Assembly: GCA_016290095.1 (NCBI GenBank)
Contig: JAEESU010000018.1
Coordinates: forward strand, 4,987 to 68,986
Direction of reading: 5' to 3'
DNA length: 64,000 nt
Source of the DNA: Clostridia bacterium
GTDB lineage: Bacteria; Bacillota; Clostridia; TANB77; CAG-508
Shown here piece after piece: positions 29,636 to 43,554 of this stretch. The notes beneath the pieces were generated by a model, which saw only the letters and a program-made list of their open reading frames with translations, made no database searches and had not been told where the DNA came from. A program made the position numbers and the translations under genes. Positions within the stretch are counted from its first letter, which is position 1, and the number at the start of each line of letters is the position of its first letter.

Positions 29636-29643
29636 TGTATTAT

Positions 29644-29676
29644 TCAAAAACGACTACTTTTTAGTAGTCGTTTTTT
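29644..29676. repeat. palindromic terminator-like element, copy A (AAAAACGACTAC-loop-GTAGTCGTTTTTT)
   Basis: Near-identical copy at 31367-31399. Both stems are the same 9-10 bp sequence. Confidence 0.6.
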
Positions 29677-29709
29677 GTTTATTTATAGAAACATAATCTA
29701 TTAATAAAT

Positions 29710-30573
29710 TTATTTTTTTAATTTATTAAATACTTTATTTACTAGTTCTTTTTGTTTCTCAGTTTTGCTAGAAAACTTTCTCGCGAAAAAACATTTTGAA
29801 TTCATTATTAAATCATAATCATCTATATCAAATGTATATGGTTTTCCCCTATTCCAATCTATTAATCTAAAAGATGTTTCTGGATCACTTTTTTTATAAT
29901 TATAGATATTATTTTTGAAATCAGAATTCCATGTTAAAGTTTGAACATACATTTCATCAGTACAAATTCCTTTTTCAAAATAAGTGTGAATCATGCTCTT
30001 GTTATCTAATACATATTTTGCCAAATCATTAGAAATACTATACCACTCTAATCCATTTTTAAATTCAATATTTGCATTTTTAACTCTGTTTACTCCAACT
30101 AATTCTTGTATATCAACAAATATATCATTTAAGAAATAATGAAATTTATCTCTTTTTTTAAATTTCAAATAATAATATTGTACCCTATCTTTGCAATATA
30201 CATTATTAAATGTCACATATTCATATTTATTAGTATGAAAATATTGATATATTTCTTCTGAAGATTTTATTGGTAAATCTGTTCCAGAAATCAAATGATA
30301 ATATTCATAATTATTTTTTATTGCTGATTCTAGTAGTTTTAAATGACATTCAATTTGAGAAAAATCTCCCCAATATACTTTTATTCTATCAATAAAATAT
30401 ATGTTACTTTTTTGTGGTAAACTTTTAAAAAATTCAAAATCAAATTTTTTTACTTTCTTATCAATATGAATGTATAAATCATTATGCTCATTATCAAGTA
30501 ATAAAATTAATTTTTCTAGTATGTAAAAATCTTCATGTGCCATGATAAGATATGCATGTTTTTCATTCATAAC
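29710..30573 (-). CDS. glycosyltransferase family 14 (core-2/I-branching beta-1,6-GlcNAc transferase-like)
   Basis: N-terminus MNEKHAYLIMAHEDFYILEKLILLLD matches the GT14 AYLIxAH signature. GGAG RBS before the ATG at 30573. The track's longer N-terminal extension was not adopted. Confidence 0.65.
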   Translation of the reverse strand, partial: VMNEKHAYLIMAHEDFYILEKLILLLDNEHNDLYIHIDKKVKKFDFEFFKSLPQKSNIYFIDRIKVYWGDFSQIECHLKLLESAIKNNYEYYHLISGTDLPIKSSEEIYQYFHTNKYEYVTFNNVYCKDRVQYYYLKFKKRDKFHYFLNDIFVDIQELVGVNRVKNANIEFKNGLEWYSISNDLAKYVLDNKSMIHTYFEKGICTDEMYVQTLTWNSDFKNNIYNYKKSDPETSFRLIDWNRGKPYTFDIDDYDLIMNSKCFFARKFSSKTEKQKELVNKVFNKLKK

Positions 30574-30715
30574 AGTCTCCTTTAACAATTTTAAGATATC
30601 ATATTTTTTAATTTTTAACAATATAAAACATTTTATTTCATTTATTTTAATATTATTGACAGTAATTTTATTTAAGTATAAAATATTTTTATACAAATGA
30701 GAAAGGAGAATTAAA

Positions 30716-31357
30716 ATGGAAGAAAAAGAACCATTTAAAATTAAATTTACAACTGTTTTAATTATAGTTTTAATGCTTATGGCAATTATTGGAATATTAG
30801 CTTTTAATCTTAGGAGATTAGAAGATAGAGTTGCTGTTTTAAGTGCAAATAACCCAGAAACTCTTGGAAAAAATGTTGCTGGTGTTCCAGAAATTAATGA
30901 TTATGATTACTACAGTGAAAACTATAAAAGAGCATTGGATGCTATACTAGATGAATCTAATACTACTTATGAATCAACATTGACCAAATATGTTAATGAA
31001 GTAATTGGTACTGTTGAACTTGACGTTTTAGGTGATGTATATTTCAGTTTAAACACAAACAGTCCATTATATTCAAAATACGGAAAAAATCCAAAAGTTT
31101 TATCAGATGTTATTGATTTTCAATTAGGATATGTTGGTAAAGAGGTAAGTGGACTATACTTCTTACATAGAGACGGTACTGTTTCTGAAGTAAAATTATT
31201 AGAGGCTCAATCTTCAGGAGAAATAGCAACTTCAAAAATTGAAGGGCTTAATAATATTGTAAAAGTTATCGAAATATCAACTCCAGCAACTTCAATTCCT
31301 GGATTTGTTGATATTAATGGAAACATTTATAATTACGAAGGCGAAGCATTTGAATAA
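30716..31357 (+). CDS. membrane-anchored hypothetical protein
   Basis: 213 aa with a single N-terminal TM and an otherwise soluble domain. Unknown family. Confidence 0.45.
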   Translation: MEEKEPFKIKFTTVLIIVLMLMAIIGILAFNLRRLEDRVAVLSANNPETLGKNVAGVPEINDYDYYSENYKRALDAILDESNTTYESTLTKYVNEVIGTVELDVLGDVYFSLNTNSPLYSKYGKNPKVLSDVIDFQLGYVGKEVSGLYFLHRDGTVSEVKLLEAQSSGEIATSKIEGLNNIVKVIEISTPATSIPGFVDINGNIYNYEGEAFE

Positions 31358-31366
31358 AATACAAAT

Positions 31367-31399
31367 AAAAAACGACTACATTTAAGTAGTCGTTTTTTT
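31367..31399. repeat. palindromic terminator-like element, copy B
   Basis: AAAAAACGACTACATTTAAGTAGTCGTTTTTTT, a near-identical copy of the 29644-29676 element. Confidence 0.6.
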
Positions 31400-31404
31400 G
31401 TTAT

Positions 31405-34092
<2,688 letters not shown>

Positions 34093-34107
34093 AATATACC
34101 TCCTATT

Positions 34108-35061
34108 TTAAATAATTTTAAAATATTTTTTGTATTCTGAAATTATTTTTTTGTTTTGTCTAAAAATTACTGAATAAATTAAGTAGTCTTCCCAAAGTAC
34201 TATCTCATCTGAATCTCTATCATGCAAAGTACTATATTCTTTTAAAAAAGTTTTTAGTCCTTCTAGTTTACTATTTAGTTCAATAGCTTCATTTGTTCTA
34301 TATCCCGATTTTTCTTCGTTGTATATTTGATATGCACAGAAAAAACCCCAGACGAGTATAACTACTAAAGCTCCTAATCCTTCGCCTAATTTTCCAAAAA
34401 TACCTTTTAATATATTAGCAAATATTGATAAGGCAAAAAGCAATAATGCTGACCTTCCAATTATTTTGAAATCCATTGTAGACCTATGTTCTTCTAAAAT
34501 TCCACTTTTGTATCCATCATAAAGTATATCATTCCACAAAGTTTTGGCCTCTATTTCTTTTTTACCTCTTTTTAATCTTCCATATATATATCTTTCTGAC
34601 ATACTCATATTATAATCATCTTCTTTTAGAAACTCTATTTCTCCGTTATTAAGTTTTATATACTTTTTATTTTCTAATCTTAGTAGTCCCGCCGTTACAG
34701 CGACGACTGGATCATAGTTCATTTGATCTATATATGAAAGAGTTACGGGAGAATACGTTTCTAAAATATCTCTATATAGTTCTTTACTTCCAAGAAAATC
34801 TACTTTGTCTAATTTTTGAACTCTAACAGTAGTATGTGCAAGCAAATTTACAATCCATCCTATAATTCCTATAGTCAAGAAAAAACTTGTAAAAAAAGCT
34901 GCAACCCATCCTGTATTTATAAGTGCCTCTTTCAATCTTCCCACAAATCCATTTTCAGTTGCACTGGCTATTAGTGATATTGGAAATACTATTAATATGT
35001 AACCTATTATAAATGTTGCAAATATTTTAATATTCTCTTTGCTAAATATCGAGTATCTCAT
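34108..35061 (-). CDS. DUF2207-like membrane protein (C-terminal-half architecture) cotranscribed upstream of valS
   Basis: Four TM segments. C-terminal IVLWEDYLIYSVIF motif matches the LWEKYLIYATAFGI motif of the DUF2207 protein at 61530-63194. AGGAGGTG RBS plus 8 nt before the ATG at 35061. Stop lies 15 nt before the valS start. Confidence 0.55.
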   Translation of the reverse strand: MRYSIFSKENIKIFATFIIGYILIVFPISLIASATENGFVGRLKEALINTGWVAAFFTSFFLTIGIIGWIVNLLAHTTVRVQKLDKVDFLGSKELYRDILETYSPVTLSYIDQMNYDPVVAVTAGLLRLENKKYIKLNNGEIEFLKEDDYNMSMSERYIYGRLKRGKKEIEAKTLWNDILYDGYKSGILEEHRSTMDFKIIGRSALLLFALSIFANILKGIFGKLGEGLGALVVILVWGFFCAYQIYNEEKSGYRTNEAIELNSKLEGLKTFLKEYSTLHDRDSDEIVLWEDYLIYSVIFRQNKKIISEYKKYFKII

Positions 35062-35077
35062 TTTATCCACCTCCTAA

Positions 35078-35340
35078 AAAACAAAACCCTTATGCTTATA
35101 AAAGCATAAGGGCAATTATTTATCGCGGTACCACCTTAATTATTAAAACTCTATAGTTTTAACATCTCGTAAGTTTTTAACGTTACTTAAACGGATATAC
35201 TTAAAGTTATTTTCGGCATATCTACTAAAAAAGCTACCTTCAGCAAATCTTTCTATAAGAAGCTCTCAGCGCATTCACTTCTTTTCTCTTTCTAGAGTAT
35301 TTGCTTACTCCTCTTTTCTCAAACGTATTTAAATTATGTA
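35078..35340 (-). promoter_or_regulatory. T-box riboswitch leader (presumably valine-responsive) preceding the DUF2207-like gene and valS
   Basis: Minus strand carries AATTAAGGTGGTACCGCG (T-box consensus), followed by terminator GCCCTTATGCTTTTATAAGCATAAGGGTTTTGTTTTTT and then the RBS. Candidate promoter TTGACT-18-TATTAT at about 35345-35385. Confidence 0.75.
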
Positions 35341-35448
35341 AATATAATAACATAATTTTGTAAAAAAAGTCAATTATTTTTAAAAAATATTGATTAAAAA
35401 TGATTTTATTATATAATATTATAGAAGAAAATGTTAAGGAGGACTTTA

Positions 35449-36221
35449 TGAAAATCAAAAATAAATCTATTATTGCTATAGCAATATTAAGTATAATAAT
35501 TGTCATATTATTAATATGCTTAATAATTTCTAAAAAATCAAATACTAACTCTTCTGTAAACAAATCAAATGGTTTACAAATTGTTAATTATTCATATGTA
35601 GAGCATGATGAAAATGTACTTATGGTGGAAGTTAAAAACAATTCTTCTGAAACTTATTCAAATATAAATCCATATGTTATTTTTTACGACTCAAATAATA
35701 TCCCTTTTGGTATGGATTATGATGCTACAGTTAATAATTTTGAGGCTGGAACAACTAGATATTTTTATTTCTCTAGAGCATTTAAAGATTTCAGCAGAAT
35801 AGAGATTGGTTTATTTCCAAATACTTTTGTAGAAACTGCACAAACTAATCTTTATAAAGATATAACTTATAATGTTGAAAACCTAGAAGACGAAAATGGA
35901 GACAAAAGAATTATTATTTCAGGTGAGAACAAATCTGACAAAAAAGCTTATTTAATATATCAAATAGGATATTATTCAAATAATGAACTATTCTATTATG
36001 AAAACTTTATCACATACGCTGAAAGTAATTCCAAATTTGAAGAACCTAGTTACTTAAAAAATAAATTTTATAATGGAGATCCATTCCCAGAAGATTATAC
36101 TTCAAAAGTAATATTAGCAGAAGCATTTGAACTACCACAAGTTAATTATGAAGCCTCTGAAACAGAAACTCCAAATGAAGAAAATATAGAAAACGAATCA
36201 AATGTTGTAGAAATAAATTAA
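35449..36221 (+). CDS. secreted/membrane-anchored hypothetical protein
   Basis: AAGGAGG RBS then ATG at 35449 (MKIKNKSIIAIAILSIIIVILL...). Acidic C-terminal tail. Terminator at 36224-36254. Confidence 0.5.
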
Positions 36222-36251
36222 TAAAAAAGAAGCACTTTAGTGCTTCTTTTT

Positions 36252-37160
36252 TTATTCTTCAACATCATTTATAACATTTGATATCATCTTTGTTAATTCT
36301 ATTGGATAATATATTAATTTAAAATATTTTCTTAATAATTCTTTATCTAAATCAGATTTAAATCTAGGTGGCTCAAATAATCCATGTCCACATCTAAATC
36401 TAAAATATATCTTTTCGTTTTCTATTTTTAGTTCAAAATTATATTTTGGATGTTCTCTTCTCAACTCATTAAATTTTTCTATTAGTTCTGGTGTAAAGAT
36501 TTTTAAAGCTAAAATTTTGTCTTTTGTTAATAAATCATAATATTCTTCAAATTCTGCTGAATCTATTTCTATTCTATCTTTAGAATATCTATTAAGATGA
36601 GAATCACAATAGATATCTATTTTAGCTAATAGGTTTCTTTTTAGTTTTACAACCCCATAAAGTCCTGAAAATGTTTCATAGCTGTGTTTTTCTGTATGTC
36701 CATTCTCTCTGTATGTTTCAACACGTTCTGTTTTTATTTCAGCTAACTGGATTTCGCTTCCATTATCAAATTTTCCAAATATTCTATCTTCTGAGTAATA
36801 TGCATTAAAATTATTATCAAATTTTGACATATTATAATCTCTTAGACTTATTCCATATTTTGAATCAAAAAATAAGTTGCTATCATATGTTTTAACAAGT
36901 CCTTTAATTACCTCATTTTTGTATATTTCTCTATAAAAATCATTTCCTTTTAACAAGACAAACATTAATACTAAGAATGCAATTGCTGCAAATAAAATTG
37001 CGAATGCATTACTTTGGTTTACAACAAAAATAATTAAATCAATTATCACAAGTACAACAAGAAGTCCCAAAATAAATGCTCTTTTCTTACTTCTTGCATC
37101 CTTCAACCTTTCACTTGTTAACATATTTACTTTATCATATATTTCGTCAAATCTTTCCAT
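36252..37160 (-). CDS. DUF3137-like membrane protein (LemA-associated)
   Basis: 302 aa with two N-terminal TM helices. Lies immediately downstream of lemA, which is the conserved LemA/DUF3137 pairing. Confidence 0.55.
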   Translation of the reverse strand: MERFDEIYDKVNMLTSERLKDARSKKRAFILGLLVVLVIIDLIIFVVNQSNAFAILFAAIAFLVLMFVLLKGNDFYREIYKNEVIKGLVKTYDSNLFFDSKYGISLRDYNMSKFDNNFNAYYSEDRIFGKFDNGSEIQLAEIKTERVETYRENGHTEKHSYETFSGLYGVVKLKRNLLAKIDIYCDSHLNRYSKDRIEIDSAEFEEYYDLLTKDKILALKIFTPELIEKFNELRREHPKYNFELKIENEKIYFRFRCGHGLFEPPRFKSDLDKELLRKYFKLIYYPIELTKMISNVINDVEE

Positions 37161-37172
37161 TTTATTACCCTA

Positions 37173-37709
37173 TTACATATCAATTTTTATATTTTCTTTT
37201 TTATAATCTTCTATTTCAAATAACTTTTCTTTCTCAAAAGAGAATACATTTGCAAATACAGAATCTGGAAAAGTTTCTAGTGTTGTATTATATAAAGTAA
37301 CATCTCCATTATATAATCTTCTAGCTGCTTGAAGTTCATCTTCAATTTTTCTTAAACTTTTTTGCAAATCTAAAAACTGATCACTCGCTTTTAATTCTGG
37401 ATATTTTTCAATTATTCCAATTACTTTATTAAGTTCTGTATATGTTTTAGCACCATCGTCTAGGTTATTATTTTTTTCATATTCAGCCCTCATTTGTGTT
37501 ACCTTTTCAAATGTTGATTGTTCATATTTTGAATATGCTTTTACACATTCTACTAAATTTGGAATTAAATCAAATCTCTTATTTAGATAAACATCTATTG
37601 TAGATTTAGAGTGTTTAACTTTATTTCTTAATCTTGTAAATTTATTAAATTCAATAATAACTGCCAATACTACAATAAAAACAATAATAACTATAACATA
37701 TAACAACAT
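37173..37709 (-). CDS. lemA: LemA family protein
   Basis: 178 aa. N-terminal TM then MLLYVIVIIVFIVVLAVIIEFNKFTRLRNKVKHSKSTIDVYLNKRFDLIPNLVE, which is typical LemA. Confidence 0.8.
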   Translation of the reverse strand: MLLYVIVIIVFIVVLAVIIEFNKFTRLRNKVKHSKSTIDVYLNKRFDLIPNLVECVKAYSKYEQSTFEKVTQMRAEYEKNNNLDDGAKTYTELNKVIGIIEKYPELKASDQFLDLQKSLRKIEDELQAARRLYNGDVTLYNTTLETFPDSVFANVFSFEKEKLFEIEDYKKENIKIDM

Positions 37710-37727
37710 TTTCTATACCTCTTTTCT

Positions 37728-39404
37728 TTAATAAATTATTATATCCTCGAGTTTCACTGTATCTGTGATTTCCTCTCCTACAGTTCTAACTCGATAATAA
37801 ATTATTTTCTCTTTTAAATTATTTTTTCTGCAATCTAATAAGAATCTTCCTAATTGTTCTTTTGGAATACAATATCTTATTTCATCATCATACTCCATAA
37901 ATCCAACATTTTCTTCTGTTTCTTTATTTATTAATTCATAAGGATTTATTCCTTCTGTATCAACTTTAAGTTCGATTAAATACTCATTTTCACCAACTGC
38001 TGTTACTCTACCTAAATTGTAAAAATTTGCTATTAAAACGTTTACAGGCATCTTATGATTTAATTCTGGGAAGAAGTTATCTATGTTAATAAAATCTTCT
38101 CTATGAATCCATTGTAAATAATCAAACTTGCTAATAACAACATCTTTTTCATTTTTCTCTGATGCTTCTATTAACTGATTTGTTATTTTATCTTTATACG
38201 GAATAATATAATTTATTTGAGCAAGAGTGCTTGGAGAGTATTTTGAAAAAACAACTAAAGTTAATAAAATTGATACTCCAGCAATAAATATATTTTTATC
38301 TTTAAAAAAGTCTGCTAATATAATTACATTATTAGCTAACACAATCATAAACATTAATTCATATGCTAAAAATGCTCTAGGTGGAAAGTAAGATATCAGT
38401 GCCATTGGAAGTGAAGCTACTAATGCCGGTAAAATAAAATATAAAAACTCTTCTTTTATTGTATTCCATTTATACTTTTTCCAATTTCTTTTTAAGAAGA
38501 TATTTAGTTCTTCTTGTTTCGCTAATTCTTTATTTTCTACTAGAAATGCTCCTAACATACTTAATAGAACTACTTCTAATACTTTTTTATTCATTTTATA
38601 ATTATTTAAAAATGCTAAAGATATTCCTTTTCCTTCTGAATCCATTCTATGGAAATTACCTGGTGCAAATATATTAGCAAATGCTCCAAGGCAGAACATT
38701 ATAAATATTAAAGTAACAAAGATTTTTTTAGTTTTATCAAAATTCCAATATTTTTTTATATTAAATCCAATTACAGCACATAAAAATGCTCCACCAACAA
38801 ATGCAGTATTTTCATGCATAAATCCTGCAATAAAAGCATAAAGTGTTAATGCAATTAATCCTAGTTTGTTTATTCGTTTTTTATCAAAGAAATAATTATA
38901 AAATAGATATATAAAAATACTTAAAAACATTGCTGGCCAAAGATAATTTAATGCTCCACTAACCCATGCAAACTTCTCACCAAACATTGTACTATATGCT
39001 AAATATCCAAAAACTGCAAGTATAGATAAAAATGTACTTTTCTTTCCTAATACTTTTGGAATTGTTAATACAAAAATCATGAATGCTATTGTATTTACAA
39101 TTTCAAACACGTGTGCATTCATATTTCTAAAAATTCCGACTAACACATGTGGTATTACTCTTCCAGTCCAATGAGTATAAAAATATCTTCCTGTCTCAAT
39201 GCAATCTAAAAGATTACTTACTTTTGATCCATCTGATCTTCCTTGCACCCAAGTATAATTATAATCATCAGGGCTTAAAAGTACTGAACGATTAAGTAAA
39301 AAAATACTAATAGCAATTAATAATATTAATCCTATCTTTGACAATACTATTATTAATTTTTTTAAATCAATTGTTTTTCCAAATAGTGTAATTTCTGTTT
39401 TCAT
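37728..39404 (-). CDS. polytopic membrane protein (possible GT-C family glycosyltransferase / YfhO-like)
   Basis: 558 aa with more than 10 TM helices plus a C-terminal soluble domain. Motif RYFYTHWTGRV in the first extracytoplasmic loop. Confidence 0.45.
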   Translation of the reverse strand: MKTEITLFGKTIDLKKLIIVLSKIGLILLIAISIFLLNRSVLLSPDDYNYTWVQGRSDGSKVSNLLDCIETGRYFYTHWTGRVIPHVLVGIFRNMNAHVFEIVNTIAFMIFVLTIPKVLGKKSTFLSILAVFGYLAYSTMFGEKFAWVSGALNYLWPAMFLSIFIYLFYNYFFDKKRINKLGLIALTLYAFIAGFMHENTAFVGGAFLCAVIGFNIKKYWNFDKTKKIFVTLIFIMFCLGAFANIFAPGNFHRMDSEGKGISLAFLNNYKMNKKVLEVVLLSMLGAFLVENKELAKQEELNIFLKRNWKKYKWNTIKEEFLYFILPALVASLPMALISYFPPRAFLAYELMFMIVLANNVIILADFFKDKNIFIAGVSILLTLVVFSKYSPSTLAQINYIIPYKDKITNQLIEASEKNEKDVVISKFDYLQWIHREDFINIDNFFPELNHKMPVNVLIANFYNLGRVTAVGENEYLIELKVDTEGINPYELINKETEENVGFMEYDDEIRYCIPKEQLGRFLLDCRKNNLKEKIIYYRVRTVGEEITDTVKLEDIIIY

Positions 39405-39422
39405 TTATAGTTCTCCCAAATA

Positions 39423-40244
39423 TTAACCAAAAAACCTTACTGTGTAACTTGCTGAAAATACTTGATTTGGTTTTAATTCTATTAAATCTTCTTTTTCTTC
39501 AAAAATTCCATTTGAAGAAACTTTATCTGCAGTATTAAACCAAGGCTCAATACATACAAAGTGTGCTCCTGGTTTTGACCAAATTCCAAGGTAAGGAAAA
39601 TCTTTAAAATCAAATGATAACACTGTTTTTGTTTCTGTTTTTAAATAAACAATTCTTGATTTCAAATTTTTTATAATTATCGCATCATTTTCAAATGTTT
39701 TATTGTTTAAATAAATTCTATTTTCTCTAATAAATTTTTGTTTTTTACATGGCTCATCTATTACTAAACCATTTTCTAATTGATATACTTCAATACAATC
39801 TTCTACATCTTCAAACTCCAGTCTGTATTGTCCGCTTGGATAATCACACACATACGCAGGATGTCCTCCAAGACCAAAATATATCATTTTATCATCTTTA
39901 TTAACCACTTTATAATTTGTTGTTACTGAATCTTTTCCAATCTCATAAGAAATATATAATTCAAATTTGAAAGGATATTTTTTTAATGTTTCTTCATTAT
40001 ATTTTAATACATATGAGTTTTCACCTATTCTTTCAAATTCCATATCTCTTGCAAAACCATGTTGACTCATCTCATATGTTTTTCCTTCGATAATTGTTTT
40101 TCCATCTTTTAGTTTTCCAACAATTGGAAATAAAACTGGGCTATGTCTATTCCAATCTTTTTCACCATCATGTAATCTTTCAAATCCATCTTTTTCTATT
40201 GAAATAAGTTCTGCTCCTTTAGAAACAGTTTTAATCTTAATCAT
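39423..40244 (-). CDS. aldose 1-epimerase family protein
   Basis: 273 aa. The HSPVLFPIVGKL and MSQHGFARD motifs match the galactose-mutarotase-like superfamily. Confidence 0.8.
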   Translation of the reverse strand: MIKIKTVSKGAELISIEKDGFERLHDGEKDWNRHSPVLFPIVGKLKDGKTIIEGKTYEMSQHGFARDMEFERIGENSYVLKYNEETLKKYPFKFELYISYEIGKDSVTTNYKVVNKDDKMIYFGLGGHPAYVCDYPSGQYRLEFEDVEDCIEVYQLENGLVIDEPCKKQKFIRENRIYLNNKTFENDAIIIKNLKSRIVYLKTETKTVLSFDFKDFPYLGIWSKPGAHFVCIEPWFNTADKVSSNGIFEEKEDLIELKPNQVFSASYTVRFFG

Positions 40245-40338
40245 ACTAAAATCTCCTTAAGAAATATAGTATTCTTATTCTATCATTTGTATTCGTTTTT
40301 TTCAATAAAAACTTAAATTTGCAAGTAATTATAAATTA

Positions 40339-40376
40339 AAAAAGATTGGAATTTGTCTTCCAATCCTTTTTTTTTA
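40339..40376 (-). terminator. rho-independent terminator after carB
   Basis: GATTGGAATTTGTCTTCCAATC hairpin with T-run. Confidence 0.75.
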
Positions 40377-40379
40377 TAT

Positions 40380-43300
40380 TTAAATTGTTGAAACACGTAA
40401 TGTGATTTCTTCTAAAACCTCTAGTAAAGCTCTTACAGTATCTAATGATGTGAACATAGTAACATTATTTTCCACAGATGCTCTTCTTATCTTAAAGCCA
40501 TCATTTTCTTGTGTTAAAGAATCTAAACTAGATGTATTAATAACATAGCTTACATATCCTTTTCTAATAGAATCTAATATTTCTTCACTTCCTTCGCTTA
40601 TTTTCTTTTTAATTCTTGTTTTAATTCCATGTTTTTTCAAGAAATCTCCTGTTCCTTTTGTAGATTCTATATTAAACCCTAATTGATAAAATTTTTCTAT
40701 TAGTGGAAGTGCCTCTTCTTTATCCTTATCAGCAAGTGTTACAAATACTGTTCCATAATTTACAACATGCATTCCTGAAGATTGTAATGCTTTATATAGT
40801 GCCCTTGTAAATTTTTGATCATATCCAATTGCTTCTCCTGTTGACTTCATTTCTGGAGAAAGATATGTATCTAATCCTTTTAATTTTGAGAAAGAGAATA
40901 CTGGTGCTTTTACATACCACCAATCTTTTTCTTTAGGATAAACTTCTGTAAATCCTTGTTGTTTTAAAGTTTTTCCAAGCATAACTAATGTTCCAATATC
41001 TGCCAAAGAATATCCCGTAGATTTTGATATAAATGGAACTGTTCTTGAAGAACGAGGATTTACCTCAATTACATATACATCATTATTTTTATCAACTATA
41101 AATTGTATATTATATAATCCTACAATTCCAATTCCTAATCCAAGTTTTACTGTATAATCAATTATTTTCTCTTTTACTTTTTTATCTATATCAAAAGTTG
41201 GATATATACTAATACTGTCTCCTGAATGTATACCTGTTTTTTCAATATGTTCCATAATTCCAGGAATAAATACATCTTTTCCATCACATACAGCATCAAC
41301 CTCTAGTTCTCTACCCATAATATATTTATCAACTAATACTGGGTTTTTAGTGTTTATTGAAACAGCATCTGTTAGATATTTTACTAATACTTCTCTATTA
41401 AATACAATCTGCATTGCTCTTCCACCAAGAACATAACTTGGTCTAACTAGCACTGGATACCCTATTCTCTCTGCAACTTTAATTCCATCTTCAATATTTG
41501 TTACTGCATCACCTTTTGGTTGAGGAATTTTTAGTTTATTCATTACTTTTTCGAAAGCATCCCTATTTTCCGCTCTTTCAATAGCATCAAAATCAGTACC
41601 GATTATTTTTACTCCTCTTTCAACAAGACTTTCTGCCAAGTTAATTGCAGTTTGTCCACCAAGTGATGCAACAACTCCTAATGGTTTTTCTAAATCGATT
41701 ATATTCATTACATCTTCTGTTGTAAGTGGCTCAAAATATAATTTATCACTTGTTGTATAATCAGTTGAAACTGTTTCTGGGTTATTATTAATAATTATAG
41801 CTTCAATTCCATATTCTTTTATTGTTTTTACTGCATGTACAGTTGAATAATCGAACTCTACACCTTGTCCGATTCTTATAGGTCCTGCTCCAAGAACAAT
41901 TATCTTTTTATTATTTGTTACTATAGATTCATTTTCTTCTTCATAACTTGAATAGAAATATGGCACATAACTATCAAACTCACTAGCACAAGTATCTATC
42001 ATCTTATAAACAGGATATATTTTATTTTTCTTTCTTAGCATATATACATCTTTTTCAGTCATATTCCAAATTTCTGCAATTGCAGGATCTGAAAACCCCA
42101 TTCTTTTAGCTTCTCTTAATGAATCTGGTTTTCCAACATTTTCAGCAAGTTTCTTCTCAAAATCAGTAATCTTTCTAATACTATTTAAAAATAACTTATC
42201 AATTTTTGTAGCATTATAAACATCATCTATATCAACATTTTTTCTAAAAATTTCAGCTAAAGCAAATAATCTATCATCTGTTCCTTCAGCAATATATTCC
42301 ATTAATTTTTTTGCGCTCCAACCATTAAACTTTTTGTGTTTTATATGATTTACACCTATTTCTAATGAGCGAACTGCTTTTAAAAAGCTTTCTTCTATTG
42401 TTCTACCAATACTCATTATTTCTCCAGTGGCTTTCATTTGTGTACTTAATTTATTTGAAGCAAGTGGAAATTTATCAAATGGAAATCTTGGCATTTTAGT
42501 TACAACATAATCTAATGTTGGTTCAAAACTTGCTGGTGTATTTGCTATTTGAATTTCATCTAATCTTAATCCAACTGCTATTTTAGCAGATACTCTAGCT
42601 ATAGGATATCCACTAGCTTTAGAAGCAAGTGCTGAAGATCTTGAAACTCTTGGATTTACTTCAATTACATAGTATTCAAATGAATCTGGATCTAGGGCAA
42701 ATTGAACATTACATCCACCTTCAACTTTTAGTGCACGTATTATTTTTAAACTACTATCTCTTAATAAATGATATTCTTTATTTGTTAATGTTTGACTTGG
42801 TGCAACAACTATTGAATCTCCTGTATGAATTCCAACAGGGTCTACATTTTCCATATTACAAATTGTAATAGCAGTATCATTACTATCACGAATTACTTCA
42901 TATTCTATTTCTTTAAATCCTTTTATACTTTTTTCCACAAGTACTTGTCTTACTGGTGATAACTCTAGAGCATTTTTCATTATTTCTCTAAGTTCTTTTT
43001 CATCATCTGCAAAACCTCCACCTGTTCCTCCTAATGTAAATGCAGGTCTTAATATTACTGGATATCCTATTTCTTCTGCAGCTCTTATTCCTTCATCAAT
43101 TGAATGTGCAATTTGTGATGGAAGTATTGGTTCTCCAATTTTTTCACATAATTCTTTAAACTTTTCTCTATCTTCTGCTTTTTCTATGCTTTCAGGGGTT
43201 GTTCCTAAAATTTCTACTTGGCATTCTTGTAAAACACCTTTTCTTGCAAGTTGCATCGCTAAATTAAGAGCAGTTTGACCTCCAAGTCCTGGAATAATGG

Positions 43301-43553
43301 CATCTGGCCTTTCAAATCTTATTATTTTAGCTACATATTCAAGTGTTAAAGGCTCCATATATATTTTATCTGCAACTTGTTTATCAGTCATAATTGTAGC
43401 TGGATTTGAATTAATTAAAATTACTTCATATCCCTCTTCTTTTAATGCTAAACATGCTTGTGTTCCAGCATAATCAAATTCTGCTGCTTGTCCAATTATA
43501 ATAGGGCCTGATCCAATTACTAAAATCTTTTTTATATCTTTTCTTTTTGGCAT
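40380..43553 (-). CDS. carB: carbamoyl-phosphate synthase large subunit
   Basis: 1057 aa with two ATP-grasp repeats, a C-terminal MGS-like domain, and an N-terminus [33 protein letters not shown]. Confidence 0.95.
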   Translation of the reverse strand: MPKRKDIKKILVIGSGPIIIGQAAEFDYAGTQACLALKEEGYEVILINSNPATIMTDKQVADKIYMEPLTLEYVAKIIRFERPDAIIPGLGGQTALNLAMQLARKGVLQECQVEILGTTPESIEKAEDREKFKELCEKIGEPILPSQIAHSIDEGIRAAEEIGYPVILRPAFTLGGTGGGFADDEKELREIMKNALELSPVRQVLVEKSIKGFKEIEYEVIRDSNDTAITICNMENVDPVGIHTGDSIVVAPSQTLTNKEYHLLRDSSLKIIRALKVEGGCNVQFALDPDSFEYYVIEVNPRVSRSSALASKASGYPIARVSAKIAVGLRLDEIQIANTPASFEPTLDYVVTKMPRFPFDKFPLASNKLSTQMKATGEIMSIGRTIEESFLKAVRSLEIGVNHIKHKKFNGWSAKKLMEYIAEGTDDRLFALAEIFRKNVDIDDVYNATKIDKLFLNSIRKITDFEKKLAENVGKPDSLREAKRMGFSDPAIAEIWNMTEKDVYMLRKKNKIYPVYKMIDTCASEFDSYVPYFYSSYEEENESIVTNNKKIIVLGAGPIRIGQGVEFDYSTVHAVKTIKEYGIEAIIINNNPETVSTDYTTSDKLYFEPLTTEDVMNIIDLEKPLGVVASLGGQTAINLAESLVERGVKIIGTDFDAIERAENRDAFEKVMNKLKIPQPKGDAVTNIEDGIKVAERIGYPVLVRPSYVLGGRAMQIVFNREVLVKYLTDAVSINTKNPVLVDKYIMGRELEVDAVCDGKDVFIPGIMEHIEKTGIHSGDSISIYPTFDIDKKVKEKIIDYTVKLGLGIGIVGLYNIQFIVDKNNDVYVIEVNPRSSRTVPFISKSTGYSLADIGTLVMLGKTLKQQGFTEVYPKEKDWWYVKAPVFSFSKLKGLDTYLSPEMKSTGEAIGYDQKFTRALYKALQSSGMHVVNYGTVFVTLADKDKEEALPLIEKFYQLGFNIESTKGTGDFLKKHGIKTRIKKKISEGSEEILDSIRKGYVSYVINTSSLDSLTQENDGFKIRRASVENNVTMFTSLDTVRALLEVLEEITLRVSTI

Positions 43554-43554
43554 C

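Noticed and set aside
35240-35563. 107-aa minus-strand ORF overlapping the region upstream of the DUF2207-like gene.
   Set aside because: It coincides with the T-box leader RNA (T-box consensus and terminator present), and its hydrophobic low-complexity translation is typical of AT-rich non-coding sequence.
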